From a virus, in the UHGV virus genome UHGV-0334146: a stretch of DNA of 47,430 nt. One strand, written 5' to 3'. The notes beneath the pieces are model-generated. The model was not told where the DNA came from, searched no databases, and saw only the letters and a list, made by a program, of their open reading frames with translations. Positions within the stretch are counted from its first letter, which is position 1. Each line of letters begins with the position of its first letter. Both the position numbers and the translations under genes were made by a program. Shown piece after piece: positions 7,936-17,470 of this stretch.

Positions 7936-8837
7936 TATTTCTTGTCCTTCTTCGGCTTCGCGCCGGGATAGCTTGCCTTGATCTGACTCACCCACTGCGT
8001 TGCTCCGGGATAGCCTGCCTGCAATTTGTGGCTTAGGCTCACGATCTGCCAGAGGCCGGAAGCGCGGGGGACGATGCTCTCAATCCGCACCGGGCCGCCA
8101 AGCTGGAGCTTCGGCTCGTAGATGCCTTTCACCGTCACGCCTTCGTTGTCGAAGCTCGGATAGCCAATCATGCCACTTTTCGCGGACCAGACGGGCGTCG
8201 AGCCGCCGTCATCGCTGCGAAGCGTCGCAAGTGGGGAGATGACCATCTCGCCATCGTCCACGATGAGGTCAATACGGGCATCGTGGGCAAGCTGCTGCGC
8301 CTGTTCCATCGGGCCCCCGACGATAGCGACATTGCGAAGGGAAACGGACACGCCTCTGTTGACGAAAGCGAGCCCCATTTGCTTCGCAAGCCCCTGCATG
8401 AGCGTGGCAACGTCCTGCGAGCCCTGCGCCGTCAACGGCGGCACGGGCGTGATGCTGGCGACGTATCCCGTGATGCACTCGACGTCGAAAGAAGGGTCCG
8501 GCGCCGCGTTGAAGTTCGGGACGGCGCTCACGATATCGCCGGAGAATGCTAGCGACATCCCGTGCTCTTCATCGCCCGCGTACACGGCAATGCGGTTTTT
8601 CGACGCCTGCAACGGCTTGAACGCCAGCGTCGTCAGAGTCTCCATGTCCGCCAATGGCATGTTGAAAATCTTGACCTTGGCCTTGTTCTTCTCTTTCCCA
8701 CCGGGTTTCTGAATGTCCACATCCATGCCGAGCCTGATAATCTTGGTGTTCGCACCTTGCCCGGTAGCCGTGTTGAAGCCGCCCTCGGAAAGCGTAATGT
8801 GCGCTTCAAGCTGCTTTTTGGTGAAGCTCGTGTTCAC
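7935..8837 (-). CDS. Baseplate hub-like tail protein (Mu gpP / P2 gpD position)
   Basis: 300 aa directly upstream of the spike gene. The call is positional. Confidence 0.4.
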   Translation of the reverse strand: MNTSFTKKQLEAHITLSEGGFNTATGQGANTKIIRLGMDVDIQKPGGKEKNKAKVKIFNMPLADMETLTTLAFKPLQASKNRIAVYAGDEEHGMSLAFSGDIVSAVPNFNAAPDPSFDVECITGYVASITPVPPLTAQGSQDVATLMQGLAKQMGLAFVNRGVSVSLRNVAIVGGPMEQAQQLAHDARIDLIVDDGEMVISPLATLRSDDGGSTPVWSAKSGMIGYPSFDNEGVTVKGIYEPKLQLGGPVRIESIVPRASGLWQIVSLSHKLQAGYPGATQWVSQIKASYPGAKPKKDKK

Positions 8838-9136
8838 AGCGTTTCCCCTTCTTCGACATAAACGAGCTGGAATCGGTCGCCGAGGCCCGACCAGTGCGGA
8901 TCCTCTTCGCCCTGTATATCGACAAAGTAGAGCTGCCCCCGGAAGGCGAGATAGTCGTACAGCTTCAAGCCGACGAGGTTACGGCAGATGACCCCAGACC
9001 AGATGACCGTCTGGTCGACAGCAAGGTCGCAGTACAGGTTCACGCCTCGGGAGATGAACCGGAGGGTGCAGTTCTGTTCCCCAAGCACAATCTGGAGGCT
9101 CTGGTTCGGCTCCTGTCGGAGCGGTACGGTCATCAT
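8834..9136 (-). CDS. Hypothetical tail protein
   Basis: 100 aa, overlapping start and stop with its neighbours inside the tail operon. Confidence 0.35.
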   Translation of the reverse strand: MMTVPLRQEPNQSLQIVLGEQNCTLRFISRGVNLYCDLAVDQTVIWSGVICRNLVGLKLYDYLAFRGQLYFVDIQGEEDPHWSGLGDRFQLVYVEEGETL

Positions 9137-9690
9137 CCGAAAATCCCCTCGCCTAGCTTTTTCAGTGTGCTTTTTTGCGTCGTCTGCCCCTGTTGTTTCC
9201 CGGCATCCGTGGTGCTTGCGTCGGTCGGATTCTTTGCCTGCGCCTTACTGATTGGCTTTATCGTTTCGTTGCTGTACTGCGGATCGACCTGCCGGATCTC
9301 TTGCAGCATGAGCCCTACAAGCAGCCTGTCCACACCGTTTTCGGCCTTGCGGTCGTAGTCGTAGGAGACAAGGTTGTAGTCGAGAAACGTTTTTTCCGGG
9401 GTGACGATGCTCACGAGGTCGGTGCTTTCCGCCAGCTTGTCCAGCGCCGTCAGAAACGCCGCAAGCTCGTCGCTCTTCCCCGTGCGGCCCAGCACGACCG
9501 ATATCGCCGTGGGAGAAGCGACCTTGTTGTAATCCGCGAAACTCCCTTTCTCGACCGGGTTGGAGCTGATTTTGTTCTCGGCCTTGATCGAGCAGGAAAA
9601 GAATGTGTCGAAGTCGAGGGCCTTGGCGCCGTCTTTATCGAAAATCGACCAGTTGCCGGGCTGTCCCGGCGGGAGCGCGCCGAATGCCAT
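9133..9690 (-). CDS. Hypothetical tail protein located just after the tape measure gene (XkdP / distal-tail position)
   Basis: ORF trimmed to MAFGALPPG…. Its ATG at 9688-9690 lies 1 nt after the tape-measure TGA at 9692-9694. Confidence 0.35.
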   Translation of the reverse strand: MAFGALPPGQPGNWSIFDKDGAKALDFDTFFSCSIKAENKISSNPVEKGSFADYNKVASPTAISVVLGRTGKSDELAAFLTALDKLAESTDLVSIVTPEKTFLDYNLVSYDYDRKAENGVDRLLVGLMLQEIRQVDPQYSNETIKPISKAQAKNPTDASTTDAGKQQGQTTQKSTLKKLGEGIFG

Positions 9691-9691
9691 G

Positions 9692-11500
9692 TCAGTACCC
9701 GAATGCGCTGTCTGCTTGCGCGGTTTGATTACGAAGTGCCGGAACCACTCCTTGGGCCATCCCTTCCGCATCTGTAGCCTGCGTGTAGACCTTGACCTCA
9801 CCCACATTGGTGGTTGACGTCATCTGACGCGAATTGTTGACGTTGCTCACGCTTCCCGGACGCGCATCCCCGGCGCGCACCTGCGGCGGCAGAATAGACG
9901 GGCGGACATCACTAACCCGCATCGAATCGGCGACGCCGCCGGGCTTGGCCTCGGCCTTCGTTTCTTCCGGGCGCGAAGACTCATCGCCGCCGAGCCAGTC
10001 CTTGATCCAGTCGGGAAGCAAATTGTAGAGCTTCTGGGCTACCCAGTTCAGCATTTCGACAAGCACATCGTTGATTTTGGAGATGCCTCCCCAGATCGTT
10101 TTGAGGGCTTCGATAACGCCTTTTCCGTCCAGCGTAAGAACGGAGTTGAAGAGCTTGGCGACCCCCGAAAGGGCATCCCAGACGCCCCCGAGGATACTTT
10201 TGATGCCTTCCCAAATAGCCTTGAAACGGGCCCCGATTTCGTCGCCGGTTCCGAACATCGCCCAGAGTCCGGAAAGTGCGGATTCTCCGCCGTTGATGTA
10301 GGTAATGAGATCGTCGACAACTAGCGCGATTGCGCCGATGGCCGCAATCAACGGCGTAAACGGGGCAATCGCAGCCCATGCCGCCGTCGCCATCGCGGTC
10401 AGGGCCGGAAGCATGAGCGTCGTAATGACCCCGGCCAACGCCGTAAAGAAGACGATCACGAACTGCTTGTTTTCTTTCACCCACCCGAGGAGGTCGCCGA
10501 GCAGGTTCGTCAAAAACGTGATCGCAGGGGAGACGGTGCTGGCGAAAAGGGCTGAGATGGCCTCCCATGCGTCATTGAGCCGCTGCTGCGCCTCCCGTTG
10601 CTTCTTCGCGTTTTCGATGTCCTGCTTGCTGTAGATGGCTTGAGCCTTCTGGACTTTCAGAAGATCCTCAATCCCTTTGCGGCCTTTAAGAATGAGCGGG
10701 ATGGTCTTTTCGTCGAAGCCTATCTGCGTGAGGATTGAGGTCGCTTTCTGGCGGTCGATTTTTGACGTGGCGTCGGAGAGACGAAGGAGTCCTTCTTCAA
10801 AGGAAACGGCCTTCCCTTTCGCATCCGTGAAGCTCACCCCCAAGTCTTTGGTCGCGTCTTTGAGCGGCCCCGAGTCGTGCAGGATGAGATCCTGCATCCA
10901 GTCGCCCAGATCCATGAACCGGGTCGAAAGCTCCTCGGCGTCAACCCCGGCGGAGGCTGCCGTCCTTTGCCATGCCTGCCAGTCTTCAATGCTCATGCCG
11001 AGCGCGTCCGAAGTCTTCTCAATAGCCTGAGCCTGCTCGTAATACTGCGCTATGGAGCTTTTCAGGATGGAAACGCCGCCGATGACGGCGAGGGCCTGCG
11101 CTGCCACGCTCTTGAGCCGTTCAAAGCCAAACGCGCCTTTGTCCGCCGCGTCTTCCAGCGAAACGCCCAATCTTTTCGCGGCGGCATCTAGGGCCTCAAG
11201 ACGTTCTTTTGCCGCTCCGGTGCGGATAAGCTCCTCGCGCATCCGCTGATACTCTTTCGTAACCTCACTAATTTCGCGGCCTTTTTGCACGGCTTCCTCA
11301 AAAGCGGCCTGCAACGAAGAGGCGGCATCGGCAGACTGGCCAAGTCCTTGGGCCCCCTTGACGCCTGCGTCATATGTCGCGCGCCCCGCGTCAACGGCTG
11401 CGGCCTGCACGCCGTCCAGTCCTTTTTGGGCGTTCTGCACCTGAGCTTTGAAAGCCCCTGCGGAGAGGATGAGGGAAACGACGAGTTCACCTGCGTTCAT
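9692..11500 (-). CDS. Tail tape measure protein
   Basis: 602 aa, Ala/Gln-rich with coiled-coil character and a central hydrophobic block (FVIVFFTALAGVITTLMLPALTAMATAAWAAIAPF…). It sits between the chaperone genes and the baseplate genes. Confidence 0.8.
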   Translation of the reverse strand: MNAGELVVSLILSAGAFKAQVQNAQKGLDGVQAAAVDAGRATYDAGVKGAQGLGQSADAASSLQAAFEEAVQKGREISEVTKEYQRMREELIRTGAAKERLEALDAAAKRLGVSLEDAADKGAFGFERLKSVAAQALAVIGGVSILKSSIAQYYEQAQAIEKTSDALGMSIEDWQAWQRTAASAGVDAEELSTRFMDLGDWMQDLILHDSGPLKDATKDLGVSFTDAKGKAVSFEEGLLRLSDATSKIDRQKATSILTQIGFDEKTIPLILKGRKGIEDLLKVQKAQAIYSKQDIENAKKQREAQQRLNDAWEAISALFASTVSPAITFLTNLLGDLLGWVKENKQFVIVFFTALAGVITTLMLPALTAMATAAWAAIAPFTPLIAAIGAIALVVDDLITYINGGESALSGLWAMFGTGDEIGARFKAIWEGIKSILGGVWDALSGVAKLFNSVLTLDGKGVIEALKTIWGGISKINDVLVEMLNWVAQKLYNLLPDWIKDWLGGDESSRPEETKAEAKPGGVADSMRVSDVRPSILPPQVRAGDARPGSVSNVNNSRQMTSTTNVGEVKVYTQATDAEGMAQGVVPALRNQTAQADSAFGY

Positions 11501-11750
11501 TGAATCTGCTCCAGAGGCGTTGGTTGTGGCCGTCCACGGCGATGATTTCCATCAGCTCGTAGGCATCGGACAGGCCGTACACTGTTTGCATTTCGTGCAA
11601 CGTCGCGAGGTTCCGGCTTACCGGGATGCCGACGCATCCGGGGAGGTTTGCGTAGTCCCGGAGCCCGAGGGGCTGAGGATCTGCGACAGGCGGGAGGTCA
11701 AGCCCTCGCCGCCATGCAAAAAATCCAGACAGACGGCGATAGCCTCCCAA
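11487..11750 (-). CDS. Probable -1 frameshift extension of the tail assembly chaperone (GT-like product)
   Basis: The ORF lies in the -1 frame relative to 11618..12127 and overlaps its 3' end. It ends 13 nt inside the tape measure start. A T6 run (plus-strand A6 at 11718-11723) lies in the overlap. Confidence 0.4.
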   Translation of the reverse strand: MGGYRRLSGFFAWRRGLDLPPVADPQPLGLRDYANLPGCVGIPVSRNLATLHEMQTVYGLSDAYELMEIIAVDGHNQRLWSRFNERR

Positions 11751-12127
11751 CGCAGGCGGTAGATCGTGCCCACATCCTCGACATGGGCGTCGAGGTTTTG
11801 CGGGGTAAGCCTGATGACGTCATCGGGCTTGCCGGGGTTCGGGACGCGGTAAATTTGCCCGAGAAGCTCGTCATAGAGCGGTTCGGCCTGTTCCCACCGG
11901 AGCCCTGAGAGCCCCCGGAGCCCGGCGGAAAGCAGCGCGGTGGTGTTCGATGACGCTGAAAGCGTTCGGATGTCGGCGGGCATCTCGGAACCGAAGACGG
12001 CGAGCAGCGCACGGGCGGCCCATTTTTCCAGCTTGGTGACGGGCATTTCCTTGACCTTGAAGGTCTTCCCGGCGTCGCGGCCCTTGTCGATGGCAATGAT
12101 CTTTTCGTTGAGCATGACGGCCTCCAC
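11618..12127 (-). CDS. Tail assembly chaperone (G-like)
   Basis: 169 aa between the tube and tape measure genes, with a -1-frame ORF overlapping its end. Confidence 0.55.
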   Translation of the reverse strand: MEAVMLNEKIIAIDKGRDAGKTFKVKEMPVTKLEKWAARALLAVFGSEMPADIRTLSASSNTTALLSAGLRGLSGLRWEQAEPLYDELLGQIYRVPNPGKPDDVIRLTPQNLDAHVEDVGTIYRLRWEAIAVCLDFLHGGEGLTSRLSQILSPSGSGTTQTSPDASASR

Positions 12128-12130
12128 GGT

Positions 12131-12580
12131 TTAAAGCGGACTCGCGGTCCACTGGTCGAAGGTGATGACGAAGGCGCTCGCTTGCAAAGTCTGAGCGGCG
12201 TTGGGGCTGGACTGTACGGAGGTGAGGCCGCCCCGCTTCCCGGTGATCTTCCGGTTGATGCTCGGCATGGCGAACTCGGCATTGCAGAGCATCACTTCCC
12301 GGGCGGTTTCCTGATACGTCGCCCAATCTTCCATGATCTGACGGCTCGGGCTGTCCGCCGCGAGGGTGATTGTCACTTCCTTGTTGGTCGGCACCCACCC
12401 GAAGGAGGTATGCCCGTCAACGCCCTTTTCCGCGACGACTGGGGTATTCGTGGCCACGCTGACCATCGCGTCGGTACTGAACCCCTCGATCTGCACGGGG
12501 CTGTCGTAGAGCCCGGGGACCGTCAGGAAAAGCGTGCAGTTCGCCGCTGTAATCGTCATGTTGCCGAAGTTGTCAGCCAT
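12131..12580 (-). CDS. Tail tube protein
   Basis: 149 aa immediately downstream of the sheath gene. Size and position are canonical. Confidence 0.6.
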   Translation of the reverse strand: MADNFGNMTITAANCTLFLTVPGLYDSPVQIEGFSTDAMVSVATNTPVVAEKGVDGHTSFGWVPTNKEVTITLAADSPSRQIMEDWATYQETAREVMLCNAEFAMPSINRKITGKRGGLTSVQSSPNAAQTLQASAFVITFDQWTASPL

Positions 12581-12591
12581 GTTTTACCTCA

Positions 12592-14097
12592 TCACTGAAT
12601 GGCCGTGGCAGGCATGACGATTTGCTGCACGCTGCCGCCGTCCATGTAGTAAAATTTGCATTCGGGGGACTGGCGTTGTCCGCGTACGGTCGCGCCGGGG
12701 TCCTTGACCTGCATGTACCAGCCCTGCGTTTCAAGCGTCTGGGAAACGTCCAGCCCGATTTCCGCGAGGAGCTGCACCTTTTGGGTGTTCGAGAGGGTCA
12801 CTCCCGTGCGGATAGCCCCGAAGTCGAGAAACCGCGTGATGGTGTCGAGGCAGGCCGTGCGGATCATGCCGTAGCCGCTCTCGTTGTAAGGGATGCACTT
12901 TACGGCCTTGAACAGATCAAGGAGGTTAAGCTGGAGACCGTCTTTAATGGCGATGGCGTCAAGGTACGTGTCGAGCCAGCCCCATTTACCGGAAACCTGC
13001 CCATTCTGGAAAAACTTGAACTGGCTGGAGGCCGTGGCGAAGTCCGCATAGCAGTTGTAGCCATTGGCGATCAGCGCATCATAGTTCTCGTCGTTGTCGC
13101 AGGTTACGGCAAGCCCTTCGCCTTGCTTGAAGGCGAAGGTGAGCCGTCCGTTCGTCTCTTCAAAGTTGATGGAGGCCGCCGTGCCCATGACCCATGCGGC
13201 GAGCTCAGGCGTGTTGAACACGGGAACCGTCCCGTCGAGTTCGAGCACCTTGGAGATCTGATACCCCGCCGAGGCCGTGGAGCCCGCGACCTGCGCGGCG
13301 TTGTCGGTATCCCACATCACATAGACAAAACGGGTGTCATACCCGGCGCACCACTGGGCGAGCGCGATCTTGTCGTCAAGCTCGGGCTCCCATACCGTTG
13401 AGAACGTCACCCAGTCACGGGCGTACAGGAGCACGTTGGTCATGCAGTCGGGGAGCGTCTGGCCAGCCATGCCGACGGATTGGACGGCCCCGGACTGTTC
13501 GGTGAGCAGCAAAAGCGCGCCGAGGTCGGTCCCGGCTTCCGGCGGCGTCGGAAAGGCCACGGCGGAACTTGCCCCGGTCGTCGGGCTGTCGATCTGGAAC
13601 GCCCCGGTCTGGCTGGAGTACGTCACCTTCGCCCCGGTCGCGCCCGCCGTCGTGAGCGCGGTCTGGATCGCCTCCGCAACCTGCGAGAAGCTGGTTGCAG
13701 CGGACAAATCCACGGAGGAAAGCGTGTGCGGCGTGTTGTCGATGGAAATAACCATCGCGCCGTTGGTGACGGCCTGCAACACGGCGAGATTGCCCGTATA
13801 CTTCGCGCCGCGCAGCCATGCGCCCACGGCCTCGCCGTTGTACCGGGCAAAGAAAATCTTGTCCGGGAGGCTCGTCGTATTCACGTAACCGGAGAAGTAC
13901 ATGGAAGCCATAGTTGCCTCCTCCGAAAGCGAGCCGAAATAATTCGCCACGGCCTGCGCGCTTGCGAACTGCACGACACGACCTGCGGGCAAAAGCTCGG
14001 ACTGCGAAAGGATGAGCCCGGCGAAGGTCAGGCCCGGCGTGCCGCCCTCGATGATGCGGGGGATGATTTGAACCAGTTTGTCGGCATTGACGCTCAT
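12592..14097 (-). CDS. Tail sheath protein
   Basis: 501 aa. It is the largest gene upstream of the tube/chaperone/tape-measure block. Confidence 0.65.
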   Translation of the reverse strand: MSVNADKLVQIIPRIIEGGTPGLTFAGLILSQSELLPAGRVVQFASAQAVANYFGSLSEEATMASMYFSGYVNTTSLPDKIFFARYNGEAVGAWLRGAKYTGNLAVLQAVTNGAMVISIDNTPHTLSSVDLSAATSFSQVAEAIQTALTTAGATGAKVTYSSQTGAFQIDSPTTGASSAVAFPTPPEAGTDLGALLLLTEQSGAVQSVGMAGQTLPDCMTNVLLYARDWVTFSTVWEPELDDKIALAQWCAGYDTRFVYVMWDTDNAAQVAGSTASAGYQISKVLELDGTVPVFNTPELAAWVMGTAASINFEETNGRLTFAFKQGEGLAVTCDNDENYDALIANGYNCYADFATASSQFKFFQNGQVSGKWGWLDTYLDAIAIKDGLQLNLLDLFKAVKCIPYNESGYGMIRTACLDTITRFLDFGAIRTGVTLSNTQKVQLLAEIGLDVSQTLETQGWYMQVKDPGATVRGQRQSPECKFYYMDGGSVQQIVMPATAIQ

Positions 14098-14115
14098 TGC
14101 GCCCTCCTGTGTTTG

Positions 14116-14601
14116 CTATGCCAGCGGATGCACGGAAAGTTCCGCGTCGGTAAAAGTATCCATCTCAACGTGTTCAACGCGGTTTGCCTGAATCAGTACA
14201 TTGAGCATAAAGCGGGGGTTGTACTGCTCGTCACCTTCCGCCTGTGTCATGTCCTGCGGGTCTTCGACGTACAGGGGGGCAATCCCGTACGTCTGGAGGA
14301 AGCGGCACCCCACGCCGTCGCGCAGGAGCGTTGCGAGCGTTTGGGCGCGGTCGGCGGCGGTCGGCCCATAGACGTCGAGCTGTATCCGGCGGCGCTGCGG
14401 CTGTACGATGGTTGTCCCGCCGCACTCCGTTTGATGCAGGTTCGTCGAGAGGCGCGTCATGGTCATGGGGGTAACGAGCACGTAGCTTTTCGTCTTCGGC
14501 TTGCTCACGCGGTTGACGTAGCCGCGCACAACAACGGCGGAATCGCCGAGGTAACGCTTACAAAAATCGCCGAGGGCCTGCACGAGGATGCCGTCACTCA
14601 T
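14116..14601 (-). CDS. Tail completion / neck protein (hypothetical)
   Basis: 161 aa directly upstream of the sheath gene. The call is positional. Confidence 0.4.
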   Translation of the reverse strand: MSDGILVQALGDFCKRYLGDSAVVVRGYVNRVSKPKTKSYVLVTPMTMTRLSTNLHQTECGGTTIVQPQRRRIQLDVYGPTAADRAQTLATLLRDGVGCRFLQTYGIAPLYVEDPQDMTQAEGDEQYNPRFMLNVLIQANRVEHVEMDTFTDAELSVHPLA

Positions 14602-15025
14602 CGTCTCCCCCTTTGGGCGGTTCCGTGGCCCCGACTTCCGGCGGCGCGGTTTCCCGGAGCTTCACGCACCGGATTTTCGTCCAGCCCGCCGTGGGATTCC
14701 AGCGCTCCAGAACTTGATCTACCTGCCACTCGGCGCCATCCCAGTAGAGAAGATCGCCGCCCTGCTCCGCCGGACGATCAAGGGCCGACCAGTCCCCTGA
14801 AAGATAAAAGTCGTGCCAGATCGTGTTCTGGCGCTGCTGCACGAGGAATTGCAGCGTATTGTCGGCGACAGGCTGCGGCTGCGCCATAACTTCCACGGCG
14901 GGGGCCCATGCCGGGACCTGCTCATACTGCGCGGTTATGGTGAAGCCTGTGGAGACGAGAATCACGACCGACTGGAAAGGGTTCACGATGCTGATAAGCG
15001 GACGCACAAGTTCATGGAGATTCAT
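14594..15025 (-). CDS. Head-tail joining protein (hypothetical)
   Basis: 143 aa in the neck module, overlapping start and stop. Confidence 0.4.
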   Translation of the reverse strand: MNLHELVRPLISIVNPFQSVVILVSTGFTITAQYEQVPAWAPAVEVMAQPQPVADNTLQFLVQQRQNTIWHDFYLSGDWSALDRPAEQGGDLLYWDGAEWQVDQVLERWNPTAGWTKIRCVKLRETAPPEVGATEPPKGGDDE

Positions 15026-15594
15026 CTTTTGACTACCTCGTAATCGATGGACTTGAGCAGGCTTCCGGAATCGATGAGCGTCCCCTTTCCCGCGCCCTTG
15101 GCGTTTTTGCGGCGCTTGGTGGATTCGGCGTTGTCCGGGGGCATATTGCTCTTAATCGTCGCCTGAATGTCGTCTGCCATGCGGCGTCCCACAAGCCGCA
15201 TCGCATCTTTCGGCGTCCGTCCGGCTTCCAACGCTTCCGCGAGGTTATCGCACCATGCATCCGCCTTGGCATCGAGCGTTGAGCGCAGGAAAGGCCGGGA
15301 GGGGATGGTGACGGTGTGGGCTTTGACCGTCGCATCCTGCGCAAAATCACTTTTGCCCTTCTTCACGAACCGATTCCCGACGCTGCCGTTACGCTTCCGC
15401 TTGAAGTACAAGGTTTGCGTCCGCTCAGGGATTTCGATTGTTGCGCCGTATTCGTTGTACGCCGCATACTCCGCGACGGGAGTACTACCTTCGCCCCGCG
15501 TCGCATTTTCGAGCACCCCGGCCTTCACGACGATATCGGGGGTAATGTACCGCTTGAGCAGCTTTTCGAGTTCTCCGGACACCATTACCCCCAT
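15022..15594 (-). CDS. Virion morphogenesis / tail completion protein (Mu gpG / P2 gpS-like)
   Basis: ORF trimmed to M63 (MGVMVSGELEK…). …AEYAAYNEYGATIEIPERT…RPFLRS… resembles the Phage_tail_S motif (YA.IHQFGG…R.FLG). The upstream 62 codons overlap the preceding gene. Confidence 0.45.
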   Translation of the reverse strand: MGVMVSGELEKLLKRYITPDIVVKAGVLENATRGEGSTPVAEYAAYNEYGATIEIPERTQTLYFKRKRNGSVGNRFVKKGKSDFAQDATVKAHTVTIPSRPFLRSTLDAKADAWCDNLAEALEAGRTPKDAMRLVGRRMADDIQATIKSNMPPDNAESTKRRKNAKGAGKGTLIDSGSLLKSIDYEVVKR

Positions 15595-16016
15595 GGATGC
15601 CAATACCGGGCGGCATAGTAGCGCCCGCCTACGGCATAGGGCTGGATGGCCTGCCAAAACGTCTGTCCGCACGGTGTCTGGTTGTAGAACGCCTTCCCCG
15701 TCGCCGTGGGCACGGAGAAGCTGATGCTGATAGTTCCTTCCGTCGCCGAGGCCACTGGCCCGGCCTGCCCCATCGGCCACAAGGCCAGCGTCGCCAGATG
15801 GCAGACGAGGAGGTACAGCAGCGTCTTGCGGATCATGACGCCGTGGACCGGGTCATAGGGAACCGGGGATGAGTTTGTGTTGTCCAAGAGCAGACAGGCG
15901 ACGTCGAACGCCTGCCGAAGCTGTGCATCGGTCAGGAGGGGCTGCCCGGTCTTCGGATCGACGAAGCGCGGATAGGCCTCCCGGAACTCCTGCGGGTCAA
16001 AGACAACAACAGCCAC
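15585..16016 (-). CDS. Head-tail connector / neck protein (hypothetical)
   Basis: 143 aa in the neck module. Confidence 0.4.
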   Translation of the reverse strand: MAVVVFDPQEFREAYPRFVDPKTGQPLLTDAQLRQAFDVACLLLDNTNSSPVPYDPVHGVMIRKTLLYLLVCHLATLALWPMGQAGPVASATEGTISISFSVPTATGKAFYNQTPCGQTFWQAIQPYAVGGRYYAARYWHPWG

Positions 16017-16019
16017 GGG

Positions 16020-16433
16020 TTAGAACCCCACCTTGCTCTGGAGCGGTTCGGTCTGCGCCTTGGGGTCGTTCTCCACATCCACGGGCTCCAGCCCGTTGCG
16101 CAGTTCCGCCCTTTCGTCGGCCTCGTCCACGGCGTCGGCCTTGCGCGCCTGCGCGAAGATAAGCCCGGACTTGAAGATTTCCATGTGCGGCCCATAGGTC
16201 TTTTCAATGTACGCCCAATCGTCGGCGTTCACCCGCGTCAGCCCAAACGCGCCCACGGGCAGCACGCCCTTTTCCTTTCCGCGCAGGCTGGCGGCGTTGC
16301 CTTCGATGAGCACCTTGCGTCCGTCGGGCATGGGGAACGTGATCCCGGTCGTCCGGTTCAAGGCGACCATCACGGTATCCGTCTTCGTCGCCTGCGTTGT
16401 TTCCGGGGCGGTATTCTTTTTGGGTCTGGCCAT
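16020..16433 (-). CDS. Hypothetical protein, first gene of the neck/tail operon
   Basis: ORF trimmed to M12 (MARPKKNTAPE…), which follows RBS GGAGGGA. The late-promoter motif lies 56 nt upstream. Confidence 0.45.
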   Translation of the reverse strand: MARPKKNTAPETTQATKTDTVMVALNRTTGITFPMPDGRKVLIEGNAASLRGKEKGVLPVGAFGLTRVNADDWAYIEKTYGPHMEIFKSGLIFAQARKADAVDEADERAELRNGLEPVDVENDPKAQTEPLQSKVGF

Positions 16434-16488
16434 ATCTCTGTATCCCTCCGTTGTTTTGGTCATCATGGCAAAAGAGCCGGGACGAAAT

Positions 16489-16507
16489 CACCGTGAACAA
16501 AGTTCGG
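16489..16507 (-). promoter_or_regulatory. Late-operon conserved motif, copy 1 (tCACCGTGAACAAaGTTCGG)
   Basis: One mismatch to the 18-mer found at four sites. It sits in the 41-nt gap between the ant stop (16508) and the tail-operon start. Confidence 0.5.
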
Positions 16508-17296
16508 CTATGCAGCACGGCGAAGGCGGTACTTGCCCAGCATGTTCAGGTCGTTTTTCAGGGCCAGCCGGAAGGCTTCGATCACGTCGACGTGGTACGC
16601 CTTCACGCTCCCGAAACGGCTGTCCTCGATTTCCCGGATTTCGTAATCCATACGGCGGGACATATCGGAAAGCTTGCGTCCCGCGACGGAGTACGCGGCT
16701 GGCGTATCTGCGAAGACGTCAAGGAACCACGGGATGCCCTTCACGGACTTGTAGTCCCTGCCCCGCCCAAGTTCGTTCTCAAGAGCCGCAGCCTTGCGGA
16801 CGGCTGCGGAGGCGGTTGCCATCGCGGTGGCCTCGCGGTGTGAACCGATTTCGGCCTTGGTGCGGATAGCCTCGTCGCGCTCGGCTTCGATGCGCCTGAT
16901 GGTGTCCTGCGCGACCAGCACGGCGCGGGCGAGGATGGCTTCGGGGGTATCGTCCGGCTTGGCTATCAGGTAACCGCCCACCTTACGAATGGAGGGGATA
17001 ACCTCATGCGTCACCCACCGCTTGAACGCCTTGGCTTCGGGCTTGCGGGAACGCAGGATGAGGGAATACAGGCCCGGTTCGGAAATAATTGTCATTTCCT
17101 GCTTTCCACCGGGGGTGTCCATACTATGGACGCCCTTTTCATCCTCATCCAGAAGTGCAAGGCTTGAACGAGGGTTGCCCATTTCAAGAATATCGCACAC
17201 GTCTTTCGCCACGAACCATGGTTGCACCTTGCGCTCAACAACGCGAAGGGAACCGAACTTTTCATGCTCGAAAAGAGCCAAGGGGGAATTTTCCAT
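16508..17296 (-). CDS. Antirepressor, BRO-N domain with a KilA-C/ANT-like C-terminus
   Basis: Trimmed to M52 (MENSPLALFEHEKFGSLRVVERKVQPWFVAKDVCDILEMGNPRS… is the Bro-N signature), which follows RBS GGAGGTG. The conserved late motif lies 54 nt upstream. Confidence 0.7.
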   Translation of the reverse strand: MENSPLALFEHEKFGSLRVVERKVQPWFVAKDVCDILEMGNPRSSLALLDEDEKGVHSMDTPGGKQEMTIISEPGLYSLILRSRKPEAKAFKRWVTHEVIPSIRKVGGYLIAKPDDTPEAILARAVLVAQDTIRRIEAERDEAIRTKAEIGSHREATAMATASAAVRKAAALENELGRGRDYKSVKGIPWFLDVFADTPAAYSVAGRKLSDMSRRMDYEIREIEDSRFGSVKAYHVDVIEAFRLALKNDLNMLGKYRLRRAA

Positions 17297-17349
17297 CGCT
17301 GCACCTCCATAGTGTTTTGGAGATGATGCCGCATGGCGGCGTGGGGGCA

Positions 17350-17367
17350 CACCGTGAACAAGGTTCG
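17350..17367 (-). promoter_or_regulatory. Late-operon conserved motif, copy 2 (CACCGTGAACAAGGTTCG)
   Basis: Exact 18-mer 54 nt upstream of the antirepressor ATG. A minus-strand terminator lies immediately beyond it. Confidence 0.5.
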
Positions 17368-17374
17368 TACAGGC

Positions 17375-17397
17375 AAAAGAAAAGCCCCTTTCGGGGC
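17375..17397 (-). terminator. Intrinsic terminator on the minus strand
   Basis: Minus strand reads GCCCC-GAAA-GGGGC followed by TTTTCTTTT. It insulates the plus-strand moron block from the late promoter copy. Confidence 0.45.
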
Positions 17398-17470
17398 GGA
17401 GGGCGGCGGCGGTGGATTTTTGGAACGGCCTATGCCATGATAGCCTCATCTATAATAAGGGGGATGATGT

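Noticed and set aside
13480-14889. Long plus-strand ORFs (for example 13480..14889, 23142..24287, 24746..25987, 5216..5977) antisense to structural genes
   Set aside because: They are high-GC open-frame artefacts overlapping well-supported minus-strand structural genes. Their translations are Arg/Gly/Pro-rich and low-complexity, and they lack RBSs.
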